NCBI RefSeq assembly: GCF_018350175.1 | Contig: NC_058368.1 | Span: 153,948,001 to 154,012,000 of the forward strand | Reading direction: 5' to 3' | DNA: 64,000 bases | DNA from: Felis catus | Lineage: Eukaryota | In this document: piece after piece, positions 62,700-64,000 of the stretch | How the letters are laid out: each line of letters starts with the position of its first letter | Numbering within the stretch: position 1 is the first letter of the stretch | Program-made: the position numbers and the translations under genes | Notes under the pieces: model-generated | The model's database searches: none | The model's input: the letters and a program-made list of their open reading frames with translations, nothing else | What the model was told of the DNA's origin: nothing

Positions 62700-64000
62700 A
62701 TGACTCTAAACTCACATATTTCTATAATAACACAATGTAAATGGACTAAATGCACCAACCAAAAGACATAGAGTATCAGAATGGATAAAAAAACAAGACC
62801 TATCGATTTGCTGTCTACAAGAAACTCATTTTAGACCTGAGGACACCTTCAGATTGAAAGTGAGAGGATAGAGAACTATTTATCATGCCACTGGAAGTCA
62901 AAAGAGAGCTGGAGTAGCCATACTTATATCAGACAAACTAGACTTTAAATTAAAGGCTGTAACAAGAGATGAAGAAGGGCATTATATAATAATTACAGGG
63001 TCTATCCATCAGGAAGAGCTAACAATTATAAATGTCTATGCGCCGAATACCGGAGCCCCCAAATATATAAAACAATTACAAACACAAGCAACCTTATTGA
63101 TAAGAATGTGGTAATTGCAGGGGACTTTAACACCCCACTTACAGAAATGGATAGATCAACCAAACACACGGTCAATAAAGAAACAAGGGCCCTGAATGAT
63201 ACATTGGATCAGATGGACTTGACAGATATATTTAGAACTCTGCATCCCAAAACAACAGAAGATACTTTCTTTGGGAGTGCACATGGAACATTCTCCAAGA
63301 TAGATCATATACTGGGTCACAAAACAGCCCTTCATAATTATACAAGATTGAAATCATACCATGCATACTTTCAGACCACAATGCTATGAAGCTTGAAATC
63401 AACCACAGGAAAAAGTCTGGAAAACCTTCAAAAACATGGAGGTTAAAGTATACCCTACTAAAGAATGAATGGGTCAACCAAGCAATTAGAGAAGAAATTA
63501 AAAAATATATGGAAACAAACGAAAATGAAAATACAACAATCCAAACGCTTTGGGATGCCGCGAAGGCAGTCTTGAGAGGAAAATACATTGCCATCCAGGC
63601 CTATCTCAAGAAACAAGAAAAATCCCAAATACAAAATCTAACAGCACACCTAAAGGAATTAGAAGCAGAACAAAGACACCCTAAACCCAGCAGAAGAAGA
63701 GAAACAATAAAGATTAGTGCAGAAATAAACAATATAGAATCTAAAAAAAACTATAGAGCAGATCAACGAAACCAAGAATTGTTTTTTTTAAAAAATAAAC
63801 AAAATTGATAAACCTCTAGCCAGGCTTCTCAAAAGGAAAAGGGAGATGACCCAAATAGATAAAATCATGAATGAAAATGGAATTATTACAACCAATCCCT
63901 CAGAGATACAAGCAATTATCAGGGAATACTATGAAAAACTATATGCCAACAAACTGGGCAACCTGGAAGAAATGGAAAAATTCCTAAACACCCACACGCT
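62700..64000 (+). pseudogene. L1 ORF2p N-terminus (APE-like endonuclease and linker), disrupted and cut off by the window edge
   Basis: NVNGLN, CCLQETH, VIAGDFNTPL, FSKIDHILGHK and SDH motifs spread over several frames, with frameshifts and an in-frame TAG near 62868. Confidence 0.92.

Larger units (their letters stand above)
60841..64000 (+). mobile_element. Feline LINE-1 with intact 5' end (5'UTR, ORF1, start of ORF2), continuing beyond the window
   Basis: GC/CpG-rich ~0.9 kb 5'UTR, ORF1 from 61755 and ORF2 from 62700. Preceded by an EN-type site tt/aagaatgtcatgg at 60824-60838. Confidence 0.96.

Noticed and set aside
61755..64000. Active, retrotransposition-competent L1
   Set aside because: Multiple frameshifts and stop codons in both ORF1 and ORF2.
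1..64000. CRISPR array, operon or other prokaryotic/viral system
   Set aside because: No regularly spaced repeat-spacer structure and no dense coding regions. The content is mammalian interspersed repeats. The LTRs are solo, with no gag/pol/env.

Overview
AT-rich mammalian nuclear DNA, almost certainly felid. The evidence is about 28 tRNA-derived CAN-SINE/SINEC copies or fragments of the feline type, plus carnivore/feline LINE-1s. I cannot support any protein-coding host gene, RNA gene or CRISPR array. Nearly all ORFs in the track come from LINE-1, SINEs or microsatellites. Bases 1-34 kb are mostly nested retrotransposon debris with the long L1s on the minus strand, including a near full-length old carnivore L1 at about 20.2-27.0 kb. 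Bases 34-56 kb hold fewer recognisable repeats. A younger L1 with its 5' end intact but disrupted ORFs starts at about 60.84 kb and runs off the right edge. I found no new biological system. The strongest observations are mechanistic records of retrotransposition: (i) a young L1 insertion with a 14-bp TSD, a twin-priming 5' inversion with deletion, and a 24-bp 3' transduction between two poly(A) tails (11.74-12.71 kb); (ii) a tailless, TSD-less L1 fragment that may be an endonuclease-independent insertion (19.6 kb); (iii) a head-to-head SINE fusion joined at a microhomology (32.0 kb); (iv) a tail-only micro-insertion with a 14-bp duplication (31.1 kb). There is also a divergent pair of CTCF-like motifs at 34.5-34.7 kb and weak hints of + strand exons. 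Repeat subfamily names are from recall of consensus sequences, and the boundaries of old repeats are approximate.
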